Source: Gammaproteobacteria bacterium
Lineage (GTDB): Bacteria; Pseudomonadota; Gammaproteobacteria; Eutrophobiales; Eutrophobiaceae
DNA length: 64,000 bases
Assembly: GCA_965243205.1 (NCBI GenBank)
Contig: CBDEUK010000002.1
Span: forward strand, 576,001-640,000
Direction: 5' to 3'
Numbering within the stretch: the stretch's first letter is position 1; each line of letters starts with the position of its first letter. This document shows positions 19,424 through 29,720 of this stretch, piece after piece. The translations under genes and the position numbers were made by a program. The notes beneath the pieces are model-generated. The model was not told where the DNA came from and ran no database searches. It saw only the letters and a list, made by a program, of their open reading frames with translations.

Positions 19424-20279
19424 GTAAACCTAAATATTCCTGAACTCCAAGAATGTCTTTAATGTCGTCAAACTTCACCATTCTTTCTTCTAACGATTTA
19501 GTATGACCATCTCGTTTAAATACTTCTGCCATTTCACGCATTGCTTTTGCTGTTAATAAAACAGAATCAATAGGAGCAACAACAATTTTAAATCCTAGCT
19601 CTTCAAGTTCCTTAGTTGAAAGAATAGGTGTCTTACCAAAAGCAAGCATATTCACGAGCTTTGGGTACTCTACTCGTTGGCATATTTGCTCCATTTCATC
19701 GATAGTCAAAGGTGCCTCGATAAACGCAACATCTGCGCCAGCATCACAATATCGATTCACTCTATCAATGGCTTCATCTAAATTATGAGTTCCTCTAGCA
19801 TCCGTTCTGGCAATAAAAATAAAATCATCATTCTGTCTTGCCGAAACAGCTGCTTTAAATTTTGTAACCATTTCTGCAGCTTCAATCACTTGATTACCAC
19901 CAAAATGACCACAACGTTTAGGAAACGCTTGATCTTCTAAAATAATACCTGCTGCCCCTGCTCCTTCAAATTCTTGTACGCAGCGCATCACATTATGAAT
20001 ATCGCCATGGCCTGTATCTGCATCCGCTATTAATGGAATGGATAGTCGATGAGCCATCCTTCGAGTCGCATCAACCATTTCCATTAACCCTAGAAAATTC
20101 AAATCAGGATAGCCATTTAAACTCGCACTAGTACCAAAACCACCCATAAAAACCGATTCAAAACCAGCTTGCTCAATTAAAACAGCTGATAACACATCAT
20201 GAGCACCTAATGAGCAAATAATGCCTGGATTTTCTAATAAATCCCGAATCTGTTTAGTTGTTTTTTTTGAACTGGTCAT
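19404..20279 (-). CDS. Isocitrate lyase/PEP mutase superfamily enzyme
   Basis: ADADTG, LEDQ, PKRCGH, ARTDA motifs. Confidence 0.9.
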   Translation of the reverse strand: MTSSKKTTKQIRDLLENPGIICSLGAHDVLSAVLIEQAGFESVFMGGFGTSASLNGYPDLNFLGLMEMVDATRRMAHRLSIPLIADADTGHGDIHNVMRCVQEFEGAGAAGIILEDQAFPKRCGHFGGNQVIEAAEMVTKFKAAVSARQNDDFIFIARTDARGTHNLDEAIDRVNRYCDAGADVAFIEAPLTIDEMEQICQRVEYPKLVNMLAFGKTPILSTKELEELGFKIVVAPIDSVLLTAKAMREMAEVFKRDGHTKSLEERMVKFDDIKDILGVQEYLGLRDYFES

Positions 20280-20396
20280 CTTCTCCTCCTTATATCGTAG
20301 CGGATGTATAACTATCTATTATCAAGATTAAGCCAGTATTTTTCCAGTTAGAATATCGATATAATGAGCAACAATAAAACTCACCATTAAAATAAA

Positions 20397-21452
20397 ATGC
20401 GTAATAGCTCCATAAGTCTAAATTTCTTACTAATATTAAATTTACTAACTCTATCAAATTTATCATACTCTGAAATATCATCTGATCATTTAATGTCATT
20501 AGAAACAGCGGCTATTGACGGTAATATAAATGCTCAGTCGCAGCTTGCTTCAATGTATTATTTGGGTGAAGGTGTCGAACAAAATTTCAATCAAGCATTT
20601 GCTTGGTACCAATTAGCTGCCGAACAAGGTGATGCAAAAGCCCAGTACAGTTTAGGAAATTTGTATTTACTCGGAGAAGGCACTCAAATTGATAAAAAAC
20701 AAGCTATGTATTGGTATCAGAAATCTTCTGAACAAGGATTTACAAGAGCTCAATCACGTTTAAACACATTAAGCGCTAGTCTAAAACTTGGTAGTAATTT
20801 AGATTTATCCACTGAGACAAATCATTATGCAGGCGCACCTCTAGAAGAAGAAAAAGATATAGTTATTCTTAAAAGCCAAGATGAAATAGAAATAAAACGT
20901 AAAACTCCTTCAAACAATAATAATTCAGACAATTTGTTTGACCAATTATTCAACTCAAATCCTGAAAATAACGAGAAAGTTGATATTAAAGAAGTTAGTG
21001 AAGATAAAGACAATCTTATCAATACTGATTCAGCAACATCCGATCTGCAGCCTGGACCTATTATAAATCATGAAGTGATAAAAGAAAAAACTAAAGAAAA
21101 AATATTTGAACCTATCACTCAAGAACATACATATTTATATCAACTCTATAATAAAGCAAAAGAAAATGATGCTGATGCTCAATACCTTATTGGCAATGCA
21201 TATTACACTGGTAATGAAATTGAACAAAACTTACAACAAGCTTTTTTATGGTATCAACGTGCAGCAGAAAATGGGCATATCGACGCACAATTTCAATTAG
21301 CAAATATCTATTTAATGGGTGAAGGAATCCATCAAAATGATGAAAAAGCACTTTTCTGGTATAAAAAAGCTGCAGAACAAAATCATCCAGATGCAAAGAA
21401 AAACTACGAAAGTTTAAAACAATTTTCAATTACAAAAGATACTTCAAAATAA
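20397..21452 (+). CDS. Secreted Sel1-like repeat protein
   Basis: Two clusters of AQ..L..Y..GEG...A..WY..AAEQG repeats separated by a polar linker. Confidence 0.88.
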   Translation: MRNSSISLNFLLILNLLTLSNLSYSEISSDHLMSLETAAIDGNINAQSQLASMYYLGEGVEQNFNQAFAWYQLAAEQGDAKAQYSLGNLYLLGEGTQIDKKQAMYWYQKSSEQGFTRAQSRLNTLSASLKLGSNLDLSTETNHYAGAPLEEEKDIVILKSQDEIEIKRKTPSNNNNSDNLFDQLFNSNPENNEKVDIKEVSEDKDNLINTDSATSDLQPGPIINHEVIKEKTKEKIFEPITQEHTYLYQLYNKAKENDADAQYLIGNAYYTGNEIEQNLQQAFLWYQRAAENGHIDAQFQLANIYLMGEGIHQNDEKALFWYKKAAEQNHPDAKKNYESLKQFSITKDTSK

Positions 21453-21464
21453 GAAATATATATT

Positions 21465-22220
21465 TTGATGAAAAATCACCAAACGTTATCTGACTTAAAA
21501 GAATATGAAATAATTATTAATACAATTATTAATAAAGGTTATAAATGTATCAACATGGATGAATTTGATTCAGATAAAGCTCATTTACTTTTACGCCATG
21601 ATGTCGATATAAACTTTGATGCTGCTGTTGATATGGCAGAAATTGAAGCAAAAAATAATTGGCAATCAATCTATTTTATAATGTTATCTACTGAATTTTA
21701 TAATATATTTTCTCGAGCTGGCCGAAAAAATTTAAACTCAATTCTAAACTTAGATCATGAAATTGGTTTGCATTATGATCTCTCTGTTTATAACAAAAAA
21801 ATAAATATTGAGAAAAAACTTAAAGAAGAATGTCAAATTTTAGAGACATTAATTGACAGACCTGTAAGGTACGTAGCACCGCATAGACCATCAAGCTACT
21901 GTAAAGAAATATTGAACAGTGAATCATTTATTGCCAACAGAGCACATCCATATCAACCAAAATATTTTTCTGATAATAAATACATAACTGAAAGTCCTGG
22001 TTATTGGTCTCATGGACATCCATTAGATAATACTAATTTCAAAACAGGCAAAGCTATTCAATTACTAACTCATCCACATTTATGGGTTAAGGAAGAAAAA
22101 GATCGAGATATAAAAATACAATTTTCTATTGAGCAACAAAAAAAATTATTACTAAAAGAAGCTGAACTTAATTTTAATGGATTTAAAGTAGTTTCTAACC
22201 ACCACCTCGACGATAAGTGA
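21465..22220 (+). CDS. Polysaccharide deacetylase-like protein
   Basis: LRHDVD, HEIGLHY, HRP, QLLTHP motifs. Confidence 0.65.
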   Translation: MMKNHQTLSDLKEYEIIINTIINKGYKCINMDEFDSDKAHLLLRHDVDINFDAAVDMAEIEAKNNWQSIYFIMLSTEFYNIFSRAGRKNLNSILNLDHEIGLHYDLSVYNKKINIEKKLKEECQILETLIDRPVRYVAPHRPSSYCKEILNSESFIANRAHPYQPKYFSDNKYITESPGYWSHGHPLDNTNFKTGKAIQLLTHPHLWVKEEKDRDIKIQFSIEQQKKLLLKEAELNFNGFKVVSNHHLDDK

Positions 22221-22482
22221 TTTCAAATTCTTTAAAAAAATTATCTATATCGTTTTCTTCAACATTAATAAATTCAAAATCTACTTTTGTAGAAGGTAAT
22301 TCAAGCGACGCAATTTTATGGGTAGTTTGCTCATTCAGTTGAATGATTAATTTTCCATTCTTAATATTTACATTAATGACTGGTGATTTAATAGAATACT
22401 TATAAGTTTCTAAAACCTTAGGCAATAAACGATAAAAGTCTGCATGAGAAATACTCATTGTACGAGAACTCTTTTGATTCAA
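22195..22482 (-). CDS. Small hypothetical protein, last gene of the AOR operon
   Basis: GGAG SD then TTG at 22482; ends YRRGGG; follows the MoaD-like gene. Confidence 0.65.
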   Translation of the reverse strand: MNQKSSRTMSISHADFYRLLPKVLETYKYSIKSPVINVNIKNGKLIIQLNEQTTHKIASLELPSTKVDFEFINVEENDIDNFFKEFEITYRRGGG

Positions 22483-22498
22483 AAAATAACTCCAAAGT

Positions 22499-22750
22499 TC
22501 AACCACCAGCAACGGGTGGCCAAATCGCTAAAGTATCACCCTCTTTAAAGATCGCTTGGTTACGTTCATCAGGCTGGACATAGGTTCCATTTAATAAAAT
22601 AAGATGTGCAGATTCTAAAGGCACACTATAACGTTCTAAAATAGAAATGGGGGTATCTGATTCTGTGACATCAATTTCGATGCTGTGTTTATTTGAATCC
22701 TCAGGTAAGTATGCGGTTAAATTTGCATACAACTTAAATGTTAACCGCAT
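22499..22750 (-). CDS. MoaD/ThiS family sulfur carrier
   Basis: Ubiquitin-like, C-terminal WPPVAGG. Confidence 0.92.
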   Translation of the reverse strand: MRLTFKLYANLTAYLPEDSNKHSIEIDVTESDTPISILERYSVPLESAHLILLNGTYVQPDERNQAIFKEGDTLAIWPPVAGG

Positions 22751-22755
22751 TAAAA

Positions 22756-24018
22756 TTACATTACCCGTGCGTTATGACCAATAGGTTGAGTCGACGCTAA
22801 ATAGGCTTCCATAATTCGAGTCGGGTCTTCTAAAAGTTTATCTTTCCATTTACCCAACTTTAATTCAGTTTGTATTAATCCTCTTAACACACCAACATGT
22901 TCAGTCAGTCCTAAAGACTGTGCTCCAACTAATACATCATCTTTAAATTGTAAGCTTAGGTATTTATATCGTTCTTCATCACATAACTCAACGCTTTCAC
23001 CACCTTCAACACCCATCCAAGAACCATATGACGATGAAATAAGCCCCATTGTATCAAGCACATTCATGTTAACACTACCTTGATGTAGAGTATCTTTACC
23101 AGCCATGTTCATCGCCGCAATGCGTCCATGATCCGCTGCGGTTGGTTGAATGGCTTGCACGGTATATTCACCCGTTGAAAAGTCTTTGCCCTGACAAACA
23201 TCACCAGCAGCATAGATATAATCAATATTGGATTGCAGTCGGTCATTTACTAACACGCCAAAGTCAGTCTCTATTCCACTCTCTTCTAGAAAATTAATGT
23301 TCGCTCTAACACCTGTGGCGGATATAACGGCGTCCGCAGGTATAGTGTTTCCATTATCAAGTTGTACAGAGAGTTCATTTCCATTTTCTTCGATAGAGTT
23401 GATCTTTGTTGAAGTTAAAACCGTTACACCTTTTTCTTCACACCATTTTTTAATCAAGCCACCTGATGTTTCATTCATCATACGTGGCACCATACGGTCT
23501 TCCATTTCAACCACGGTTAGGTTCACACCGCGTAATGCCAAGGCCTCTAAAATAATACAGCCAATAAAACCAGCACCCATTAACACAACGTTAGAACCGG
23601 GTTTTGCATTAGCTGCTATCTTGCGACCATCATCTAAGGTCCAACATGAAATAACTTTATCTAGATCCATACCGGGTATAGGGGGACGAACAGGGTGAGA
23701 ACCTGTGGCAATTAATAAACGATCAAAATTTTGAGTCGATCCGTTATCCAATTCTAGTTTTTTATTACTAGCATCAACCTTTGTTACACGAGCCCTTACT
23801 ATCTCAATCCCTTGAGAACGAAAGTGATCATCAGTCTTACGCAAATACGTTCCGTCTTCTTTGATCTTTTCAATTAAATAGTAAGGTAAAGCCATTCTCG
23901 AATAAGGAGGCTCATGTTCATCACCAATAATCATAACGGATGATGTTGGATCGACCTTGCGTAAAGTTTCCGCAGCAATAACACCTGCTGGACCGGCACC
24001 TATGATGACATGTTGCAT
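22756..24018 (-). CDS. FAD/NAD oxidoreductase subunit of AOR (AorC-like)
   Basis: IIGAGPAG, LLIATGS, GAGFIG, YAAGD; inside the AOR operon. Confidence 0.85.
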   Translation of the reverse strand: MQHVIIGAGPAGVIAAETLRKVDPTSSVMIIGDEHEPPYSRMALPYYLIEKIKEDGTYLRKTDDHFRSQGIEIVRARVTKVDASNKKLELDNGSTQNFDRLLIATGSHPVRPPIPGMDLDKVISCWTLDDGRKIAANAKPGSNVVLMGAGFIGCIILEALALRGVNLTVVEMEDRMVPRMMNETSGGLIKKWCEEKGVTVLTSTKINSIEENGNELSVQLDNGNTIPADAVISATGVRANINFLEESGIETDFGVLVNDRLQSNIDYIYAAGDVCQGKDFSTGEYTVQAIQPTAADHGRIAAMNMAGKDTLHQGSVNMNVLDTMGLISSSYGSWMGVEGGESVELCDEERYKYLSLQFKDDVLVGAQSLGLTEHVGVLRGLIQTELKLGKWKDKLLEDPTRIMEAYLASTQPIGHNARVM

Positions 24019-24042
24019 AGTTACTCTCCTGTCACAGCAAAA

Positions 24043-25902
24043 TTAAGTTAAGCCTAAACGTTGTCGAGTTTCATCGGTTGGAACACCTTCAGGAGTCCAG
24101 CCTCTTAGCTCATAATATTTAGGTAACATTTCATGTAAGTTATTGACTTTACCTTTAGCAGGACCAGTCTTTCCTGCATCCTTCAATAAACGTTTTGGTA
24201 AGGTATCATCTTTACCCGTTAAGCCCGCTGCCAAATTGAAATCACGTTCCATATTCCAAATACGCTCACCAACTTCCATCATTTTTTCAGGTGTCCAATT
24301 ACCTTCACAAGCAGCATCCACTTGTGGTGCGATATCTTCTAATGTCCAAGCAAAGGTTGTAAACACACAGATACCTGCAGAATCAACCGCAGCCGTAGCA
24401 TCTTGAAATGCTTTAACTAATTCTGGCTTACCTTCAGTTTCTAATGGATCCGTTTTTTCTGGAATACCTAATATTTCAGAGGAGACAGTATAGCCACGTA
24501 AATGACAAGCACCACGATTTGATGTGGCATAGGTTAGTCCCATACCTTGAATACCACGTGGGTCATAAGCTGGGAATTCTTGGCCCTTAACAGACATTGA
24601 TAATTCAGGACGGCCATATTTTTCACACAAACGTTTTGAACCAAGCCCAAGTTCTTTACCAAAGCCTTCACCTTTAGCAGTTACTTCTGCTGCCCAAGCC
24701 AGAGCTTCGGCTGAACCAAATTTAAGTTCCATACCGCCAGTATGCTCAGTGGTTAAAATACCTTCTTCAAATAATTCCATTGCCGCAGATACTGTAGCAC
24801 CAAAGGAAATAGGATCCATTCCATCTTCGTTACAAACGAAGTTTGCGAAAGTAAGGACATCTAAATCGTCAACCCCAGTATTGGAACCTAGTGCCCAAGC
24901 CGCTTCATACTCTAAACCACCGGAATTAACTTTATATCGATCTCTACCCTCGCCTTGTACAGTAAAGTGAGTTGGGTCAATGGTCGATATACGACCACAA
25001 GCGATTGTACAACCAAAACAAGCACCGTTTGTTGTGAGGTTAGGGTTGCCATCACTCTCACGTTCTTCAAGCATCGCCTCACCTGAAATTTCACCAGCGC
25101 CCTCAAATTGAACTTCACGCATATTACGTGTTGGCATTGCTCCTACTTCATTAATGACATTCATAAGTACTTGAGTACCTAATGCTGGTAAACCTTCACC
25201 GGTTACTGCATTTCCAGCTAGAACTTCTTTACCTGCATTAGTTGCATTCATAAATGCTTTAGGGTCACGAATATTACTAACACCTTTGGTTCCTCTCACC
25301 GCAACAGCTTTTAAGTTTTTTGATGCCATGACAGTGCCTACGCCGGAACGGCCTGCCGCTCGATGTAAATCATTAACAATTGCAGAATACAAACAACCTT
25401 GTTCTGCAGAACGTCCAACTGCAGCTATGCGAACCAATGGGTCTTGATGTTTCTTATGAATTTCTTCATCCGCTTCCCAAACCGATTTACCCCATAGGTC
25501 ATCGGCTGGTAACAATTCGGCTTTTTCATTCTCCAGGTAAAGATAGACTGGTGTTGGAGATTTACCTTCAAAGATGATCATATCCCAGCCGGCGTTCTTG
25601 ATTTCATTACCGATGAAACCACCAGAATTTGAACAAGCAATAGCCCCGGTCAGTGGGCTTTTAGTCACCACTGAATAACGTCCTGCTGTTGAAGCCATGG
25701 TCCCAGTTAATGGGCCAGTCGTCATGATCATTTTATTTTCAGGACTCAGCGCATCGCATTTCGGGTCAATTTCTTCAAATAGATATTTAGTCGCCAAACC
25801 ACGCTGACCGAGATATTCATCGGCCCATTGCATATTCAAAGGTTCATTGACAATGCTGCCAGTGGTTAAATTAATTCGTAGTACATTATTTGCCCAAGCC
25901 AT
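24043..25902 (-). CDS. Tungsten-type aldehyde:ferredoxin oxidoreductase catalytic subunit (AorB-like)
   Basis: KSPLTG, GRSGVGTVMASKNLKA, CFGCTIAC, EYE, RGACH. Confidence 0.93.
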   Translation of the reverse strand: MAWANNVLRINLTTGSIVNEPLNMQWADEYLGQRGLATKYLFEEIDPKCDALSPENKMIMTTGPLTGTMASTAGRYSVVTKSPLTGAIACSNSGGFIGNEIKNAGWDMIIFEGKSPTPVYLYLENEKAELLPADDLWGKSVWEADEEIHKKHQDPLVRIAAVGRSAEQGCLYSAIVNDLHRAAGRSGVGTVMASKNLKAVAVRGTKGVSNIRDPKAFMNATNAGKEVLAGNAVTGEGLPALGTQVLMNVINEVGAMPTRNMREVQFEGAGEISGEAMLEERESDGNPNLTTNGACFGCTIACGRISTIDPTHFTVQGEGRDRYKVNSGGLEYEAAWALGSNTGVDDLDVLTFANFVCNEDGMDPISFGATVSAAMELFEEGILTTEHTGGMELKFGSAEALAWAAEVTAKGEGFGKELGLGSKRLCEKYGRPELSMSVKGQEFPAYDPRGIQGMGLTYATSNRGACHLRGYTVSSEILGIPEKTDPLETEGKPELVKAFQDATAAVDSAGICVFTTFAWTLEDIAPQVDAACEGNWTPEKMMEVGERIWNMERDFNLAAGLTGKDDTLPKRLLKDAGKTGPAKGKVNNLHEMLPKYYELRGWTPEGVPTDETRQRLGLT

Positions 25903-25913
25903 ATCAAACCTCC

Positions 25914-26384
25914 TTACGATTTAACATCAGCTGATGCAGCTGCATGAGCACGCATTCTTTCGAGACCAGTGTGTCCTGCATCAACATAAGTAATTGCATC
26001 GGTAGGACATGCTGAAGCGCATTGAGGATCACCACCACATAAGTCACATTTATGGACGACTTTTGTTTCAGTGTCGTAATTTACTGTACCGAAAGGACAA
26101 GCAATGGTGCAGACTTTACACCCTACACATAAATCAGCGTGGACTTCTTTGGCACCCGTCGCTTCATTAATGGTAATCGCCTCAACAGGGCAAGCATGCA
26201 TACACCACGCTTCGGTACATTGGGTACATGTATATGGAACGAATCGGCCTTCTTCATGGAAACTAAAAACCTTAATTCGTGATTTGGATGGGTTAAATAC
26301 ACCTTCAGCTTCATAAGAACAGGCCATTTCACATTGTAAACAACCGGTGCATTTCTCAGGTTCAATCTGTAGTGCTCTGAGCAT
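25914..26384 (-). CDS. Multi-[4Fe-4S] subunit of AOR (AorA-like)
   Basis: CTGCLQCEMAC, CTQC..C..ACP, CVGCKVC..ACP, CDLC..C..ACP; strong SD before the ATG at 26384. Confidence 0.92.
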   Translation of the reverse strand: MLRALQIEPEKCTGCLQCEMACSYEAEGVFNPSKSRIKVFSFHEEGRFVPYTCTQCTEAWCMHACPVEAITINEATGAKEVHADLCVGCKVCTIACPFGTVNYDTETKVVHKCDLCGGDPQCASACPTDAITYVDAGHTGLERMRAHAAASADVKS

Positions 26385-26670
26385 GGCTTCTCCCCTCGAC
26401 TCAGCAATATTATTATTAAAAAGCAACTCATTATTGTTGCAATAAGCAACAAATTAATATCAAATTCAAATACTTACGAAATTTGAATTTATTTATCTAT
26501 TTAACGATTAAGTGATAAGTTTTTCAAGTTAATTATAGTAAAAATTTCTGAATTTCTATCGCTAAGAGCCGATAGTCATAGTTAATCAAGATAATTGAAA
26601 TATACAAATATCTTCTAAGAACGAATTTCATTAGAATTTTTACTTATTTATAGACATAAGACATAAACCA

Positions 26671-26922
26671 ATGATTAAGATTTATACAAAGCAAACTTGT
26701 GGCTATTGCCATATGGCAAAAAAACTACTCAACTCAAAAGGTATCGCATTTGATGAAACGGATGTGACTTTTGACCGTGATAAGTTTTCAGAAATGGTCC
26801 AACGTGCAGATGGTAGACGTACTGTGCCACAAATCTTCATACACGATGAGCCTATTGGAGGGTTTACTGAATTAGCGGGGCTTGCAAGATCTGGAACGCT
26901 TGAAAATCTTCTCAACAAATAA
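26671..26922 (+). CDS. grxC: Glutaredoxin 3
   Basis: CGYC, TVPQIF, IGGF. Confidence 0.9.
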   Translation: MIKIYTKQTCGYCHMAKKLLNSKGIAFDETDVTFDRDKFSEMVQRADGRRTVPQIFIHDEPIGGFTELAGLARSGTLENLLNK

Positions 26923-26936
26923 TTCTTAAAACGGTT

Positions 26937-27590
26937 TTACCAATTACGAATTTCAAAGCCTGTCTGTTCTGCAATAACTCGCAACTTATCAGTTGGATTC
27001 ACTGCGATTCCTAAATCAGCCCACTCAAGCAAATATTTATCCGAATGATGATCGCTGTAAGCAACCGTTTTATAATTATCTAAGATATTCGATAATTCTT
27101 TTTTTATTTGAGCAAGTTTATTCGGACCATAACAATTCTCACCATCGATATCTCCGATAAGTCGACCATTACTCCATACAGATTTAGTACAAATAATTTG
27201 ATCAAAACCTAATTCCTTACCAATTTTCTCAACATAAAAATCATAGCTCGCACTGGCTAGTACTAAATAGTCAGATTGTTCTTTATGATATTGAATTTGT
27301 CCTAATGCCTGAGAATAATATTGATCTTTAATATCTGACAAAAAATCATCCACTAAACTATTAACATCATCTCGTTGTGTGCCGCCAATGATTGCTCCAA
27401 GAAATGTTTTTTTTAACCATGAATTATCTTTTAGTTTTAATTTAAATATTAAAACTGCGAAAGGTAAAAAGTAACATCGAAAAAGTCTTAACGGATTTTG
27501 TTTTAAACAGAAAATAAGAAAGGCAAGATAAGTATCTTTTTTAGTAATAGTATTATCTAAATCAAACACTACAATTTTATTTAGACTCAT
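26937..27590 (-). CDS. HAD-IB family phosphatase
   Basis: FDLDNT, LASAS, NCYGPNK, YSDHHSD, AVNP. Confidence 0.88.
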   Translation of the reverse strand: MSLNKIVVFDLDNTITKKDTYLAFLIFCLKQNPLRLFRCYFLPFAVLIFKLKLKDNSWLKKTFLGAIIGGTQRDDVNSLVDDFLSDIKDQYYSQALGQIQYHKEQSDYLVLASASYDFYVEKIGKELGFDQIICTKSVWSNGRLIGDIDGENCYGPNKLAQIKKELSNILDNYKTVAYSDHHSDKYLLEWADLGIAVNPTDKLRVIAEQTGFEIRNW

Positions 27591-27976
27591 GCTTTACAAA
27601 TATCGCTATTAGATTTGAAAGTATAATGTTTGTTTATAATAAAATTGATAAGTGTTACTACACCCGTTGATATAAATTGGGAAATTAAATAAAGAACATT
27701 TAATTTCTCATATAAAAACCAAAATATCAGTAAATTCACAACAAATGTTATCAACGTTACCATTGTATATCGAGTTAACATCACTTTATGAGATCCATTG
27801 GCCTTAAAAGTCCAGTGGTATTGCAATGTATAATTTACAGCACATGCTATAACAAATCCGATAGCGCTGGCCATAGGTGGATATATCGCCAGTAACTCAA
27901 CCAAAGCAATAAGTACTAAGAAATGTACGCCAGCAGCAGTACCACCGGCGATTAAATACCGAATAAATGTTTTCAT
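27587..27976 (-). CDS. GtrA family flippase-like protein
   Basis: FIRYLIAGG..NY..WTF..NF..NK.YTF, four TM helices. Confidence 0.88.
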   Translation of the reverse strand: MKTFIRYLIAGGTAAGVHFLVLIALVELLAIYPPMASAIGFVIACAVNYTLQYHWTFKANGSHKVMLTRYTMVTLITFVVNLLIFWFLYEKLNVLYLISQFISTGVVTLINFIINKHYTFKSNSDICKA

Positions 27977-28006
27977 TAGTGAATGAAATTTACTGAATAT
28001 TATTGA

Positions 28007-28984
28007 TTAGTAATCAACTCTTTCAACGAGAACTTGTAACCATGGAATATCAATAAAGAATAGTCCAGTACAGACAATACACAAGAAAACTATAAAACCT
28101 ATAAATTTCTTTTCTTTATATAATTTTTCTGGTGTTTGAGTTGGAGAATGCTCTTGACGACCGATAGATAGATACCAAGCAAACAATAGCGCAAACAATG
28201 GAAAACTTAATAGAAATTCAATGCGATATTTAATTAAGAAAATTCCTAAGAAAAAAGCGGATGAAATCGCATAGAAGAATGAAGAAACCAATAAAGTTTC
28301 CTCTGTATAATATTTAAAAGAACGACGATATGAACCAGCACGTTCAGGATCATTAATAAAACGATATTCTGCATAACGTTTCATCGCCATTAAAAATGCA
28401 CCGCCCATCCAGTACGCTAACAAGGAGCTTGAGGGAGGTAATGCGCCTGTTACTAAAGCAGCCCAACCTAATAACAGCCTTAATGGATTATTAACTGATT
28501 CAGATAAAACATCTAAATACATTCTATCTTTGGTACGAAATGGGCGCACATTGTACATAACACCCATAAATAATAAGACAAATAAAAATACGTTGAACTC
28601 CCAAGACAACATAGAGGAAAGTCCAAACCCTAAACCTATGAGTATTAAATATTCTAAATAAACGTATCTAGCCTGCAGGTTACCGCCAACTGAAGGACGA
28701 TTTTTCTTAAGTGGGTGGTGTTGATCAAATTCCCTGTCTAACCATTCATTGATCACATAATTGGCCGAAGCAATGAAACAAACGGCTAAAATCCCTATAA
28801 CGGTTGGGATTATCGCTTCTTGAAAAGGAATATTAGTGAAAATTAGCGCTAAAGCTACGCCAGGTAACATAAATATATTTTTAAACCAATGATCTATCCT
28901 GGCTATTTTGATATACCCTTTCAATGGTGATTCAACTTTAGTCGATAAGTCACTGTCTATATTCATTGAGCTACTTGTATCCAT
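28007..28984 (-). CDS. UbiA family prenyltransferase (polyprenyl-phosphate phosphoribosyltransferase-like)
   Basis: RIDHWFKN, YVINEWLDREFDQHHPLKKNRP, KRYAE, R.S...Y motifs typical of the DPPR-synthase-like clade. Confidence 0.8.
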   Translation of the reverse strand: MDTSSSMNIDSDLSTKVESPLKGYIKIARIDHWFKNIFMLPGVALALIFTNIPFQEAIIPTVIGILAVCFIASANYVINEWLDREFDQHHPLKKNRPSVGGNLQARYVYLEYLILIGLGFGLSSMLSWEFNVFLFVLLFMGVMYNVRPFRTKDRMYLDVLSESVNNPLRLLLGWAALVTGALPPSSSLLAYWMGGAFLMAMKRYAEYRFINDPERAGSYRRSFKYYTEETLLVSSFFYAISSAFFLGIFLIKYRIEFLLSFPLFALLFAWYLSIGRQEHSPTQTPEKLYKEKKFIGFIVFLCIVCTGLFFIDIPWLQVLVERVDY

Positions 28985-29720
28985 AGTTGTATGTGATCTC
29001 TTATATGATTCTAAAAATAAAGAAGAACCATCCCTAAAATATCGGATTAGTTCATATCTAACTTTAAATAGTGAATGTTATTAATTCACGCCAATGAAAG
29101 ATCTATGCCAAGCTAAATAGAACCAAGATAAATTTTATTGCTGATTATATTACGTTTTTATACCTAACTCTCTGTTACTGAGATAGAAGCCAAATTTGGT
29201 TTAATTCTGTTTAAATTCTATTAGATAAAATTACATTAAGACAGAAAATATTTATTATATTCAACAACTTACATTGTAATTTTGTTTATCCTATAGAACC
29301 ATCCACTCTCACCGACAATATAAAATATTAATGTTAGAAATCTTCTATGACGTGATTTTATCAATAAATGGTTAGAAATTGAGAATGAGCGTAAGATTGC
29401 TAGATTAAGAATCATTTTCACAATATGTTGCCTGTTTGAGACATTGATTGTTTTATATAAAACAGAAACCTTTATCAATAACATCATTAGACGAGACTTC
29501 AATCCACTAATTTAGAAGGTAAATTCTCCATATAAATTCGTTTTTTTATATTTTCTCTAAATCAATATCACAATAAAAACTTTTTTAATGGTTTGTGAGT
29601 CATACACCTCAATAATTTAAATCTACATAAAATAATCAAAAACCAATGTATTTTGACATTATTCAAATATGAATTTTTATAAAATATCTGAGTATTTGTG
29701 ATGTTAAATTGAGAATAAAA

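Noticed and set aside
19404-20279. PEP mutase marking phosphonate biosynthesis
   Set aside because: The catalytic loop is KRCGH, not the EDKxxxxxNS PepM signature, and no pathway genes are nearby
26549-26575. Sigma28 promoter before grxC (TGAA-N15-GCCGATAG)
   Set aside because: Imperfect -35 and no contextual support; left unresolved
29269-29502. 77-aa ORF in the ~720-nt AT-rich spacer
   Set aside because: TTG start, no recognisable motif, composition like non-coding DNA
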